The notes beneath the pieces are model-generated. The model did no database searches. It was not told where the DNA came from and worked only from the letters and a program-made list of their open reading frames with translations. This document shows, one piece after another, positions 1 to 10,038 of a stretch of 42,595 bases of DNA (positions are counted from its first letter, which is position 1; each line of letters opens with the position of its first letter). The position numbers and the translations under genes were made by a program. Origin of the DNA: a virus (lineage: Duplodnaviria > Caudoviricetes); the IMG/VR virus record IMGVR_UViG_3300020440_000026, positions 1 to 42,595 of that record. One strand, given 5' to 3'.

Positions 1-199
1 CAAAACCATATTCACTGGCAAAGTCCATTGAACTACTATGCATTACTCTATCTGCTAGACCTCTGGTCTTGATTATATAATTAACCATCTCAGGTGTCTT
101 TGCAAAACCAACACAATTAAGTTCCATAGCAACATCATCTCTACCACCGTAAAACTTAATACCACCATTATCAGCACTTATAAAATCTATCTTTGTCAT
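1..199 (-). CDS. Hypothetical early protein, runs off the window edge (MTKIDFISADNGGIKFYGG...)
   Basis: Manually translated open frame from ATG at 199; AGGAG RBS and sigma70-like promoter upstream; not in ORF track. Confidence 0.8.
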   Translation of the reverse strand, partial: MTKIDFISADNGGIKFYGGRDDVAMELNCVGFAKTPEMVNYIIKTRGLADRVMHSSSMDFASEYGF

Positions 200-213
200 C
201 TAGCTCTCCTTGT

Positions 214-259
214 TTCTAACTATACATATATAATAACATAGTTTGAATATAAGTCAACC
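214..259 (-). promoter_or_regulatory. Early sigma70-type promoter GGTTGACT-16-TATTAT with AGTTAGAA downstream
   Basis: Minus strand reads ggTTGACTtatattcaaactaTGtTATTATatatgtatAGTTAGAA. Confidence 0.8.
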
Positions 260-288
260 TTTTTATTGTAAAAGAATAAAATAACCAT

Positions 289-334
289 GGTTGACACTAA
301 CTATATACATGTTATACTCTGTAAACAGTTAGAA
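289..334 (+). promoter_or_regulatory. Early sigma70-type promoter GGTTGACA-16-TATACT with AGTTAGAA
   Basis: TTGACA 291-296, TG-n-TATACT 313-318, AGTTAGAA 327-334. Confidence 0.8.
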
Positions 335-349
335 CTATAGGAGCATTTG

Positions 350-1612
350 ATGGCAAAAGGCAAAAGTTTAATGAAGCCAGGCACTCGTAAGAAAAAGCCA
401 GTTATACGAAAACAACGTAGTAAAGCACAAGATCCAAGTTGGGCAAGTGCATTGGACATGAGCGGCGAAGCCTATCACAGGCATAAACGTGCTTCTGTAG
501 ATTGGTACTACCATGAACGTAAGCCAGTTGAACTTTTTCCAGACTTACTAGCATGGATGAAAGAAAACAACTATAGCAAAGAAGATATTGCCACAATGAA
601 ACGACATGGGCATAATGGTATGATATATGCCAGCATATATGCAAGATGTCTAAGACAAGGCATGCCAGATATACACCCCGAGCACAATGCTTATTGGCAA
701 ACGTTGCCAGGTACAATTGGTGATGTACATCCTACCAGTGATTATATTAGGAAAAGTATTGCCAATGCCATAGAACGCACACCACCTGCACCAAAACTTG
801 TTGTAGATAATACAAAACCAAAAGTCGAACGCAAAACAATACAAGAAAACATGCGGGATAAAACCATGGATATCGAAGGAGCAGTACACGAACTTGTTGA
901 TGAATTTGTAAACAATGATTACAAAGATCCAGACAAATATAGTGTAATGAAACTTCTTAGAGAAGAAGGTTGTCCACCACAGACTATTGATATAATCTCT
1001 GATCCTCTCAAAGCACAACTTAGTGAAATCAATGAACTTATGAATCCTCCTAGTAAAAAAGAACAGGCTAAAATGTCAGAACAAGAACTTGATATGATAG
1101 CACAATTAGATGAAGGCTACAGTTATTTAGGAAAGTTACAGATACGCAGTTTGCAAAAGTTTTTAGAAAGAGCCGTTGCTGATTGTGCCAGTTATGTACA
1201 GGTTAAAAAAGCTGATAGAGCACCAAGAGTTGCCAAACAAAAAACACCTGCACAACTGGTACGTAATTTTAAGTACCTTAGACGTTTTGATGAACTAGAA
1301 CTTACAAGTATTTCACCAGAGAAATTAGTTCATGGATCTGAAGCATGGCTATACAATACAAAAACACGAAAGTTGATTTATGTAGTTGCTGACGAAACAA
1401 TTAAAACCTACAGTATTAAAAGCAATAGTGTAATAGGTTTTGACCCAAACAAAAGTGTACAAAAAACACTTCGTAAACCTGCTGAGCAACTAAAAGAACT
1501 TATGAATGGCGGCAAACCTAGTAATCGCAAACAGTTTGCCAGTATCAAAGCAACTGAAATAAAGTACAACGGCAGAGGCAACGAACATGTTGTAATACTC
1601 AAGGCCTGGTAA
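350..1612 (+). CDS. Phage hypothetical protein (early, basic N-terminus)
   Basis: ~420-aa ORF; AGGAG RBS places the start at ATG 350; no recognisable catalytic motif. Confidence 0.85.
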   Translation: MAKGKSLMKPGTRKKKPVIRKQRSKAQDPSWASALDMSGEAYHRHKRASVDWYYHERKPVELFPDLLAWMKENNYSKEDIATMKRHGHNGMIYASIYARCLRQGMPDIHPEHNAYWQTLPGTIGDVHPTSDYIRKSIANAIERTPPAPKLVVDNTKPKVERKTIQENMRDKTMDIEGAVHELVDEFVNNDYKDPDKYSVMKLLREEGCPPQTIDIISDPLKAQLSEINELMNPPSKKEQAKMSEQELDMIAQLDEGYSYLGKLQIRSLQKFLERAVADCASYVQVKKADRAPRVAKQKTPAQLVRNFKYLRRFDELELTSISPEKLVHGSEAWLYNTKTRKLIYVVADETIKTYSIKSNSVIGFDPNKSVQKTLRKPAEQLKELMNGGKPSNRKQFASIKATEIKYNGRGNEHVVILKAW

Positions 1613-1618
1613 TTTGCA

Positions 1619-1624
1619 TAAATA
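1619..1624 (+). promoter_or_regulatory. Late promoter core TAAATA (T4 gp55-type)
   Basis: caTAAATA directly upstream of the neck gene; same core before sheath, tube and other structural genes. Confidence 0.7.
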
Positions 1625-1642
1625 CTATCATAGGATGGTATT

Positions 1643-2422
1643 ATGGCTGAAGTACAACAAACTCTTGATCAAACATTAGAAACTAAAAAGCAAGAAGCAT
1701 TTGACTATGTCAAGTTGCAGTTAGGCGAAGGCATAATTGACACTGAACTTGATGCTAGTCATTATGAAAGTATCTACCAACGAACCATTGGCACATACAG
1801 ACAACGTGCTGAAAATGCTTTTGAAGAAAGTTACAACTTTCTTACACTTACCGAAGACACAAACATCTACACATTGCCACAAGAGATTCAATCAGTAAGA
1901 CAAGTTTTTAGACGCACAATTGGATTCAGCAATGGCGGTGAAGGAACTGCCTTTGAACCATTTAGTGCTGCCGCCTTAAACACTTATCTACTCAATGGCA
2001 ATCAGATGGGGGGACTTGCAACATATGATTTCTATTCACAGTATGTCGAACTTACTGCCAAAATGTTTGGTGGATTTTTAAATTATAATTTTAACAATGC
2101 AACCAAACAACTTACACTGATGCGTGATATAAAGGCTACCGGCGAAGTGGTACTGCTTTGGTGCTATAATATGCGTCCAGAAGTTCAGTTACTCACAGAC
2201 TTTTCTACACAACAATGGATCAAGGATTACATGGTAGGCAATGCTAAACTGATTATCGGCGAAGCAAGAGAAAAGTTTGCTACCATTGCAGGCCCACAAG
2301 GTGGTACTGCACTGAACGGTGCACAAATGAAAGCAGAAGGTACTGCTATCATGGATGCAAAGATTGAAGAACTTAAAAATTATGTAGACGGATCGCAACC
2401 ACTTACTTGGGTAATTGGCTAA
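1643..2422 (+). CDS. gp13: Neck/head-tail adaptor protein, T4 gp13-like
   Basis: C-terminal WIKDY...KLIIGEAREKF..IAGPQGG.ALNG..MK.EG pattern typical of gp13. Confidence 0.8.
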   Translation: MAEVQQTLDQTLETKKQEAFDYVKLQLGEGIIDTELDASHYESIYQRTIGTYRQRAENAFEESYNFLTLTEDTNIYTLPQEIQSVRQVFRRTIGFSNGGEGTAFEPFSAAALNTYLLNGNQMGGLATYDFYSQYVELTAKMFGGFLNYNFNNATKQLTLMRDIKATGEVVLLWCYNMRPEVQLLTDFSTQQWIKDYMVGNAKLIIGEAREKFATIAGPQGGTALNGAQMKAEGTAIMDAKIEELKNYVDGSQPLTWVIG

Positions 2423-2817
2423 TGCGAGCTGAAGAGTTTATTACTGAAGCAGAAATTATTTCTGAACATGAAATGGTATTCAGCAGAAAAGGTAACAAAC
2501 TCAAAACCAAATGGCGTTGTACCAGTGGTGCTAGACGTGGACGTGTTGTTGGCAATGCAAAAGATTGCGATGCACCTATAGATCAAAAGCGTCGAGCACA
2601 AATGAAAGTGACTCGTAAGACCAAAAGCAAACAGGCTGCACGTAAAGCCAAAAAAACAAAACGTGTAAATCCAGCAAGTAAACTGTTAGGCATGCTAAAC
2701 AAGATCCGCAAACAAACTGTGTCATCAGGCGGAAAAGTACAACGTGCATACAAGCCACCAAAGACAAGCCTAAAAGGCACAGTTGGCACAAAAAAAACAG
2801 TAAAGCCAAGAAAATAG
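2422..2817 (+). CDS. Basic (K/R-rich) protein with MRAEEFITE N-terminus; putative internal head protein
   Basis: TAATG coupling to gp13; N-terminus resembles the T4 capsid-targeting sequence. Confidence 0.65.
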   Translation: MRAEEFITEAEIISEHEMVFSRKGNKLKTKWRCTSGARRGRVVGNAKDCDAPIDQKRRAQMKVTRKTKSKQAARKAKKTKRVNPASKLLGMLNKIRKQTVSSGGKVQRAYKPPKTSLKGTVGTKKTVKPRK

Positions 2818-2846
2818 GTTGACATTGATTGGTATCCTGTTATAAT
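2817..2846 (+). promoter_or_regulatory. Sigma70-type promoter GGTTGACA-16-TATAAT, likely leaderless transcript
   Basis: TTGACA 2819-2824, TGt TATAAT 2841-2846, ATG 6 nt later at 2853. Confidence 0.8.
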
Positions 2847-2852
2847 GATAGC

Positions 2853-3374
2853 ATGGATATTATGATAGATATAGAAACTGTAGGCACAGGACCTGATGCC
2901 TGTATTCTTACAATCGCGGCACAGACTTTTGATCCTTTCAGTGTAGGTTATCACAAACAAGATTACTATGCAAGAGTTGATGTTGATAGTCAACCAGATA
3001 GAGAAGTTGATGATGCTACGGTAGAATGGTGGGCAACACAACCACAACAAGCACAAGACGAAGCATTCTCAGAAGAAGGCAGAATACCTTTACGTCAAGC
3101 TCTAGAAGAACTTAGCAAGATATGTTTTCATTGCAATTTAACATGGGCCAATGGTACGACATTCGATATGGTTATACTTGAAAATGCAATGAAACAATTG
3201 GGCTTACCTATACCTTGGCAGTTTTGGAACGTAAGAGATGCACGTACGGTATATAGTTTGTACCCTGACTTGCCAAAACCACGTGCTAGTCACCATGCTC
3301 TTGAAGATTGCAGAAGGCAAATAGATTTGCTTCAACAAACAATAAAACATTTGAAGGTATCTGGACTTAAATGA
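2853..3374 (+). CDS. DEDDh 3'-5' exonuclease (DexA/DUF5051-like)
   Basis: IMIDIET, WANG..FD..IL, RDARTV, HHALEDC motifs. Confidence 0.85.
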   Translation: MDIMIDIETVGTGPDACILTIAAQTFDPFSVGYHKQDYYARVDVDSQPDREVDDATVEWWATQPQQAQDEAFSEEGRIPLRQALEELSKICFHCNLTWANGTTFDMVILENAMKQLGLPIPWQFWNVRDARTVYSLYPDLPKPRASHHALEDCRRQIDLLQQTIKHLKVSGLK

Positions 3375-3994
3375 TAATAGGGATATGCGGACTGATAGGC
3401 AGTGGCAAAGGCACAGTTGGCGATATACTTGTAGAGCAAGGATACAAAAAAGTAAGTTTTGCTGACAAACTCAAAGACGGTGTTGCTACTATATTTGGTT
3501 GGAACAGAGCCATGCTTGAAGGTGATACTGATGAAAGCAGAACCTGGCGAGAGCAACCTGATAAATTTTGGTCGAACGAAACGAAAATGGAAGTTACTCC
3601 TCGATTGGTTCTTCAATTGTTTGGTACTGATTGTTTGCGGAACGGCTTTTATGATGGAGTTTGGGTAAGTTTACTTAAAAAACACATACTAGACAATCCT
3701 GGAGACTATGTGATTCCTGATGTACGTTTTCGCAATGAACAAAACATGATACGTGAGTTAGGTGGCAAAGTCTGGCAAGTAAAAAGAGGTAAGGATCCAG
3801 TTTGGTTTCAAAGAGCTATACATGATAATGCAAATCCAGCCACTAGCAATCTAATGATTGGGTTTGATGTTCACGAAAGTGAATACAAATGGATAGATGT
3901 CAACACACGATTTGACAGTATCCTACTCAACGAAGGAACAATTGCAGAACTCAAAGATTCAGTCTTGCATGAGATCGCCAATTTTCCAAGGTAA
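3371..3994 (+). CDS. gp1: Deoxynucleoside monophosphate kinase (T4 gp1-like)
   Basis: IIGICGLIGSGKGT P-loop, SFADKLK, TPRLVLQLFGT, DVRF.NE, HESE. Confidence 0.92.
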   Translation: MIIGICGLIGSGKGTVGDILVEQGYKKVSFADKLKDGVATIFGWNRAMLEGDTDESRTWREQPDKFWSNETKMEVTPRLVLQLFGTDCLRNGFYDGVWVSLLKKHILDNPGDYVIPDVRFRNEQNMIRELGGKVWQVKRGKDPVWFQRAIHDNANPATSNLMIGFDVHESEYKWIDVNTRFDSILLNEGTIAELKDSVLHEIANFPR

Positions 3995-4303
3995 ATCTAG
4001 TCTTACTATTTCCACACTACAGTTTAAACAAATACTACGTAGATTTGCAAGGTTTGTATTTTTTAAGTTTCCATCAACATGGTATACAATTATTTGTGCA
4101 CCACTCTTTGCAATAAAATTACAACGATCACAAATTTTTTTCTTTTGATAACCTTCTAGTTGCCAACGTGGAACTTGTGCTTTCATTTTGCGATTTTTGC
4201 GTGTACAACTGTCGCATCTTGTGCGATAGTATGTTCTGTTATGCTTAATATAGTTAATTGCAACAAAACGACGGTTACAAGCATTGCAAATGGGTCTATT
4301 CAT
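3959..4303 (-). CDS. Zn-finger/HNH-endonuclease-like protein
   Basis: Four CxxC pairs, VYHVDGNLKNTNLANLRSICLNC; start at 4303 sits 5 nt after TAAATA. Confidence 0.7.
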   Translation of the reverse strand: MNRPICNACNRRFVAINYIKHNRTYYRTRCDSCTRKNRKMKAQVPRWQLEGYQKKKICDRCNFIAKSGAQIIVYHVDGNLKNTNLANLRSICLNCSVEIVRLDLPWKIGDLMQD

Positions 4304-4367
4304 ACGGATATTTAGTTGCACAAACCTTTGCAAAGGGCAGTTGTAACCAGCTATTTTGGCAGATTCT

Positions 4368-4375
4368 TATAAATA
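4368..4375 (+). promoter_or_regulatory. Late promoter TATAAATA
   Basis: Exact T4 late consensus upstream of the sheath gene. Confidence 0.85.
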
Positions 4376-4414
4376 TCATTAAGAGATTACAAAGCATTCA
4401 AAAGGAAGCAAAAC

Positions 4415-7400
4415 ATGGCACTAACATCACCAGGCGTAGAAGTTACAATAATAGACGAAAGTAACTATCTTCCGGCCGCAACAAATTCAGTACCATTCAT
4501 AATGATAGCAACTGCACAAAACAAAGTAAGTGGAACAGGAACAGGTGTTGCCGCAGGAACAACTGCCGCCAATGCAAACAAGCCTTACTTGATTACATCA
4601 CAAAGAGATTTGGCTGCTACATTTGGTACACCGTTCTTTTACAGTACGGCAGCAGGAACTGCAATCAATGGTTACGAACTCAACGAATACGGTTTACTTG
4701 CAGCCTACAGTACACTAGGAGTTAGCAACAGAGCATATGTACAAAGAGCAGATGTTGATCTGAGTCAACTTACTGCTACATTAACTCGTCCAACTGGCGA
4801 TCCAGCAGACGGAACATATTGGTTTGATACCGGCGTAAGCACATACGGTGCATTTGAATGGAGTTCAACAACACAAACTTTTACCAACAAAGTTCCTACA
4901 GTAATAACAAAAGTTGCTGATCTTGTTGGTGGTGTGTCAAGTGGTGTGCCATTGTCAAGTATTGGAAGTATCGGAGACTATGCAGTTAATGTTACCAATA
5001 CAAACAATCCTGTATATTATAAATCACCAGGAAACACTGCAAGTGATCCTGCCGTAACGGCAAACAGTTGGGTGCTTGTTGGAAGTGATGCATGGAAGAA
5101 TTCTTGGCCAACTATAATTGGCACTGCAACAAACCCAACAATTACTGCTGGAAATAGCATGATCTTTAACGATATTACTATCACAAGTTCAGGAACAAGT
5201 ATTACTACTGTCGCAAGTGATATTAATACTGCAAGTGTTCCTGGAGTAAGTGCAACAGTTTTAAATGGAAAACTACAGATATTTGTTGATTCCAATGGAT
5301 CCAATGACGGATCAACTGATGACGGTAACGGAATATTGATGGTTGAAGATGGCAATAACTCTACATTGCTTACAGAACTAGGTATTGCTACTAGCACATC
5401 AAAAGACGGAAAGCCTTATTATGCACCAGTCTTACATCTTGGTTACAACTATGAGAATCCAAGTTGGCAAACCACAGGCACTGAGCCTCATCCAACCGGA
5501 TCAGTTTGGTTCAAAACAAATAATGTTAACGTTGGTGCAAATTTTGTTATAAAAGAGTACGCATCCGCAACAGACACATTTGGTACACTTAGCAATACTG
5601 TTCATTCAACAGATCAAAGTGCATTAAAAGCATTAGATCCATCTGGAGGAGGATTAAACATTGCCGCAGGCACAATATACACACAATCAAATGTACAAGG
5701 CAATCTAACATATACTTTTAAATTTTTTGAAAGATATTCATCTGGTACAACACAAGTTACTGGTAACACTACAACTCCAACATTTACTGCGTCAGATCAA
5801 TTTACTATTCAAGCCAGTGCAAAAAATAGTACAACACTTACAACGGCTGTTACTGCAACACTAGGTGGTACAACCGCAGCTGATTTTGTTGCTGCTTTTA
5901 CTGCCGCAAATGTTGCAAACACAACTGCAAGAGTATTATCCACAGGTGCAGTACAAATTGAACATACACAAGGTGGTGTAATATATTTAAAAGACACAAC
6001 TGGAACTCCAGTAACAGATGCAGGTATAGTAACAACTATCGAAACAGGTCAAGTTAGAGCAGGAAACGACAGTAATGTTATTCTAAGTAACTGGATTCCG
6101 TTGGGATTTGGAAGTACACCAGTCTACACTGCAAGTTCAACTGCTCCTAGTATTGATCCAGCAGATGGAACATATTGGTACTATAGTGAAACTGGCGAAG
6201 CAGACATTATGATACAAAGTGGCGGAACCTGGAAAGGATATCAGAATGTAACAACTGACCAACGTGGTTTTCCATTATCCACAACAAGCCCAAATGGACC
6301 AATTGTAAGTGCAACTGCACCAACTAAGCAAAGTGATGATAGTGCTTTGGTCTACGGAGACTTATGGTTATCAACTGCTAATTTAGATGAATATCCAGAC
6401 CTTTACAGATGGCAAAATGTTGAATCAGTTGATCAATGGGTACAAATAGACAATACAGATCAAACAACACAAAATGGTATACTATTTGCTGATGCACGTT
6501 GGGCAGATGATGGATCAACAGATCCAATCACTGGAGATATTGATACAATTAAAACCTTGCTTACAAGTGATTATGTAGATCTAGATAAACCAGATCCTAC
6601 ACTTTATCCTGAAGGCATGTTGTTGTTTAACACAAGACGCAGTGGGTTTAATGTAAAGAGCTTTCAAGTTGATTACTTTAATAGCACTGACTTTCCATTT
6701 GCTACATTTGGTGCATTACCAACTGTTAAAGATGCATGGGTAACAGCAAGTGGTAACAACGATGACGGTTCACCTAGCATGGGCAGAAAAGCAGTTAGAA
6801 AGATTGTGGTTGCAGCTCTTAAAGCAGGAGTAGATGGCACACAAGAACTACGTGAAGAACAAAAGATCTTCAACTTACTGTGTTGTCCAAACTATGAAGA
6901 ACTAGCTACAAACTTAGTAGCTCTAAACAATGAGCGTAACAACACTGGATTTATTCTAAGTGATGCTCCAATGCGTTTAGCAGATACAGGCACTGATATA
7001 ACAAATTGGGCAACCAATGCAAACGGCGACGGACTTACAACTGCTGATCCATACTTTGGTGTGTTTTATCCAAGTTGTCAAACCACTGACTTGTCAGGCA
7101 CTACAGTTGTTGCACCAGCAACACACATGATGCTTAGAACAGTGGTACGCAACGATGATGTTGCTTTTCCATGGTTAGCTCCAGCAGGTACAAGACGCGG
7201 TACTGTTGATAATGCTAGTCAGTTAGGTTATGTTAACGCACAAACAGGTGAGTTTGAGCAAACTGCGATCAGACAAGGTTTAAGAGATACTCTTTATGAG
7301 AATTCAATTAATCCAATTACATTTATTCCTGGATCAGGCATACTTAACTATGGTAATAAAACAACATTTACTGGTAGTTCACTTGATAGAATAAACGTTG

Positions 7401-7726
7401 CAAGACTTGTAGCATTTATACGTGGTAGACTAGAAACAATTGGTAAGAACTTTGTGTTCGAACCAAACGATCAAACCACACGTGATGAGATTAAAAATGC
7501 AGTTGAGAGCTTGATGATAGATCTTGTTGCAAAGCGTGGTATCTATGATTACTTGGTTGTATGTGACGATAGTAACAATACACCAGCAAGAATCGATCGT
7601 AACGAACTATATGTTGATGTTGCAATTGAGCCAGTTAAGGCAGTTGAATTTATCTACATACCGGTTAGAATTAAGAACACAGGCGAAATAGCAGCTGGTA
7701 ATGTAGCCAGTGCAGCCGCAGTTTAA
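4415..7726 (+). CDS. gp18: Tail sheath protein (gp18-like) with large insertion
   Basis: SPGVEVTIIDES N-terminus; PWLAPAGTRRG, LYENSINPI, DRINVARL, FEPND, P.KAVEFIYI C-terminus. Confidence 0.95.
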   Translation: MALTSPGVEVTIIDESNYLPAATNSVPFIMIATAQNKVSGTGTGVAAGTTAANANKPYLITSQRDLAATFGTPFFYSTAAGTAINGYELNEYGLLAAYSTLGVSNRAYVQRADVDLSQLTATLTRPTGDPADGTYWFDTGVSTYGAFEWSSTTQTFTNKVPTVITKVADLVGGVSSGVPLSSIGSIGDYAVNVTNTNNPVYYKSPGNTASDPAVTANSWVLVGSDAWKNSWPTIIGTATNPTITAGNSMIFNDITITSSGTSITTVASDINTASVPGVSATVLNGKLQIFVDSNGSNDGSTDDGNGILMVEDGNNSTLLTELGIATSTSKDGKPYYAPVLHLGYNYENPSWQTTGTEPHPTGSVWFKTNNVNVGANFVIKEYASATDTFGTLSNTVHSTDQSALKALDPSGGGLNIAAGTIYTQSNVQGNLTYTFKFFERYSSGTTQVTGNTTTPTFTASDQFTIQASAKNSTTLTTAVTATLGGTTAADFVAAFTAANVANTTARVLSTGAVQIEHTQGGVIYLKDTTGTPVTDAGIVTTIETGQVRAGNDSNVILSNWIPLGFGSTPVYTASSTAPSIDPADGTYWYYSETGEADIMIQSGGTWKGYQNVTTDQRGFPLSTTSPNGPIVSATAPTKQSDDSALVYGDLWLSTANLDEYPDLYRWQNVESVDQWVQIDNTDQTTQNGILFADARWADDGSTDPITGDIDTIKTLLTSDYVDLDKPDPTLYPEGMLLFNTRRSGFNVKSFQVDYFNSTDFPFATFGALPTVKDAWVTASGNNDDGSPSMGRKAVRKIVVAALKAGVDGTQELREEQKIFNLLCCPNYEELATNLVALNNERNNTGFILSDAPMRLADTGTDITNWATNANGDGLTTADPYFGVFYPSCQTTDLSGTTVVAPATHMMLRTVVRNDDVAFPWLAPAGTRRGTVDNASQLGYVNAQTGEFEQTAIRQGLRDTLYENSINPITFIPGSGILNYGNKTTFTGSSLDRINVARLVAFIRGRLETIGKNFVFEPNDQTTRDEIKNAVESLMIDLVAKRGIYDYLVVCDDSNNTPARIDRNELYVDVAIEPVKAVEFIYIPVRIKNTGEIAAGNVASAAAV

Positions 7727-7742
7727 AGCACCGTAAACAACG

Positions 7743-7770
7743 AAAAATGAGGTTTCGGCCTCATTTTTTT
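7743..7770 (+). terminator. Rho-independent terminator
   Basis: aaaaatgagg-tttcgg-cctcattttttt. Confidence 0.85.
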
Positions 7771-7785
7771 GTGGCCAATTTATGA

Positions 7786-7791
7786 TAAATA
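7786..7791 (+). promoter_or_regulatory. Late promoter core TAAATA
   Basis: gaTAAATA upstream of the TAAGGAG RBS of the tube gene. Confidence 0.7.
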
Positions 7792-7816
7792 ATATTGTAA
7801 TAAGGAGAATTTTAAA

Positions 7817-8434
7817 ATGGCCGTATCATCGCTAACAAGAATGACAGTTCCTTTGGCATCAGACCAATCAAGTCCAACTCAAGGACTGTTAATGCCAAAA
7901 CTAAAGTACCGCTACCGTGTGGTATTTGAAAATCTTGGCGTGTCCACACCTAGAACAGAACTTACCAAGCAGGTAATGACTTTTACTAGACCAACTATAA
8001 ACTTTGAAGAAATCGAAGTACCAATCTACAACAGCAGAATTTATCTTGCTGGACGTCAAACATGGGATGCAGTTTCAGCAACATTTAGAGATGATGCTGG
8101 TGGAAACGTAAGCAGATTGATTGGTGAGCAAATCCAAAAGCAAATGGATACACTAGAACAAGCCAGTGCAAGTTCAGGTATTGACTATAAGTTTATCACA
8201 CGTTGTGAAGTACTAGACGGTGGTAATGGAACAAGCACACCTAATGTTCTTGAAACTTGGGAATTATATGGTTGTTTCTTAGTAAATGCAAACTATGGTG
8301 ACTTAGATTATGGTTCAAACGATCCAGTAACAATCGAAACATCAATACGTTATGACAACGCAGTACAAACACCTCTTGGAACAGGAATTGGATCAACAGT
8401 AGGAAGAACACTGGGTGACGTCGTAACTGGCTAA
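7817..8434 (+). CDS. gp19: Tail tube protein (gp19-like)
   Basis: Follows sheath; IYLAGRQTW...TFRDD, WELYGCF...YGDLDY, IRYDNA. Confidence 0.88.
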   Translation: MAVSSLTRMTVPLASDQSSPTQGLLMPKLKYRYRVVFENLGVSTPRTELTKQVMTFTRPTINFEEIEVPIYNSRIYLAGRQTWDAVSATFRDDAGGNVSRLIGEQIQKQMDTLEQASASSGIDYKFITRCEVLDGGNGTSTPNVLETWELYGCFLVNANYGDLDYGSNDPVTIETSIRYDNAVQTPLGTGIGSTVGRTLGDVVTG

Positions 8435-8454
8435 TTAAGTTAGAGGAGTAACTT

Positions 8455-9672
8455 ATGGCCTTCGGACAAGACTTTCTCAAAGGATTCTTTGGTACTGATT
8501 TTCTAAGAGACTATACACATGCGAGTAAAACTTTTCGTAGTAATAACTCGGCCCTTTCTCCACGTCGAAAATTTCTATTTCATGTAGTTTTTAATCTCAA
8601 CACACAACAAATTCCTCAACTGCAAAGTATATTTCAAACTCAAGATTTACAAAATCTTAATTTGCTGGTAAAAGAAGTCAAGTTACCAACATACAAGTTT
8701 TCTGTTGATACCATGAATCAGTACAATCGAAAACGCAAAGTTCAAACACAAATCGAATACGATCCGATCACATGCATAATGCATGACGATGCAAGTGATC
8801 TAAGCCGTACACTTTGGTACAACTATTTTTCCTACTATTACAAAGATGCTAGTCAAAAGTATTTTGATGCCGCAGTTACCAATGGCAGTCTTGGACCAAA
8901 TGCACAAGGTGTTGATCCAGGAGCGGCTTATCCTTATGGATTTAGAGATATCTACACGCAAGACAGGGAAATTAACGACTGGGGATACATTGGCGAAAGC
9001 TACATGGACGGTGCTAGAGCTGGTAAGCCAGCTTTCTTTCGTGATATTACTATTTTTGGACTTAACGATGCACAATGGTGTGCTTACACATTGATTAATC
9101 CAATTATAAGTTCGTTTGAACATGATACCTACAACTATGCAGAGGGTGCTGGTATCATGCAAAATACTTTTGTCTTTGATTATGAAACTGTAAAATACTA
9201 TCATGGAGCATTAACAAAATCAAATCCTGATGGTGCTATACCAAGTTTTGGTAATCCAGCAAACTATGACGAGCGACCTAGTCCTCTTTCAAGACCAGGT
9301 AGTGCCGCAACTGTTTTTGGACAGGGCGGACTTATTGATGCCGCTGGTGGTATAATCACTGATCTAAGTGCAGGTAACTTAGCAGGAGTCATCGGCGCTA
9401 TACAGAAAGGCGGAACTGCATATGAAACATTTAAAGGCAGAGATCTGAATCAAATTATAGAAACTGAGTCAAAAAACATTGCACGTAGCGAAATAAAACA
9501 AACACTTCCAGGTGCGGCTAGAGGCGTGTTGTTTCCTAATAAACCAAACATACAAGCAGTTGGAAGTCGTGCTCCGGCTACACTTCGTCCGGCAAGTTTA
9601 AGTTCCAATGTTACAGGTCCAGTTACTATTAATGATCAAACTGGGTCAAAACCTAGAACAACAGGACCGTAA
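8455..9672 (+). CDS. Tail-tube-fold protein (baseplate tube initiator, gp54/gp48-like)
   Basis: VKEVKLP...NQYNRKRKVQTQIEYDPITCIMHDD and LINPIISSFEHD..Y..FDYE tube-like motifs. Confidence 0.6.
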   Translation: MAFGQDFLKGFFGTDFLRDYTHASKTFRSNNSALSPRRKFLFHVVFNLNTQQIPQLQSIFQTQDLQNLNLLVKEVKLPTYKFSVDTMNQYNRKRKVQTQIEYDPITCIMHDDASDLSRTLWYNYFSYYYKDASQKYFDAAVTNGSLGPNAQGVDPGAAYPYGFRDIYTQDREINDWGYIGESYMDGARAGKPAFFRDITIFGLNDAQWCAYTLINPIISSFEHDTYNYAEGAGIMQNTFVFDYETVKYYHGALTKSNPDGAIPSFGNPANYDERPSPLSRPGSAATVFGQGGLIDAAGGIITDLSAGNLAGVIGAIQKGGTAYETFKGRDLNQIIETESKNIARSEIKQTLPGAARGVLFPNKPNIQAVGSRAPATLRPASLSSNVTGPVTINDQTGSKPRTTGP

Positions 9673-10031
9673 TGGCTACATTAAATTACACAAACCCTGG
9701 CACAGATCCTACAGTAAGAGCATTTGACGAATTCTATAACAGAGAATTGGTTATTGATTCAAATGCATATGATGTAGTATACAGTTTTTTTGCAAAGATC
9801 TTTACTGATGAATTTGCGGCTAAAAACTTTACGCTATCGGTATTTCAAATAAGCGAAGACACTGGCGAAAGTGTTGAAACTATACTGAATCAACTTAGCA
9901 ATCAAAATACCATACAAATAACCGCAACACTAGCCTACTATCTTAATAACAATCGTAGCAATACTACCTTACTTGGTGTTTCCAATACTGCTACTCCTAA
10001 CCAATATGTTGCACGTAACATTTTAGTATAG
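9672..10031 (+). CDS. Hypothetical protein (probably structural)
   Basis: 119-aa ORF coupled (TAATG) within the tail operon. Confidence 0.75.
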   Translation: MATLNYTNPGTDPTVRAFDEFYNRELVIDSNAYDVVYSFFAKIFTDEFAAKNFTLSVFQISEDTGESVETILNQLSNQNTIQITATLAYYLNNNRSNTTLLGVSNTATPNQYVARNILV

Positions 10032-10038
10032 GTGTACT

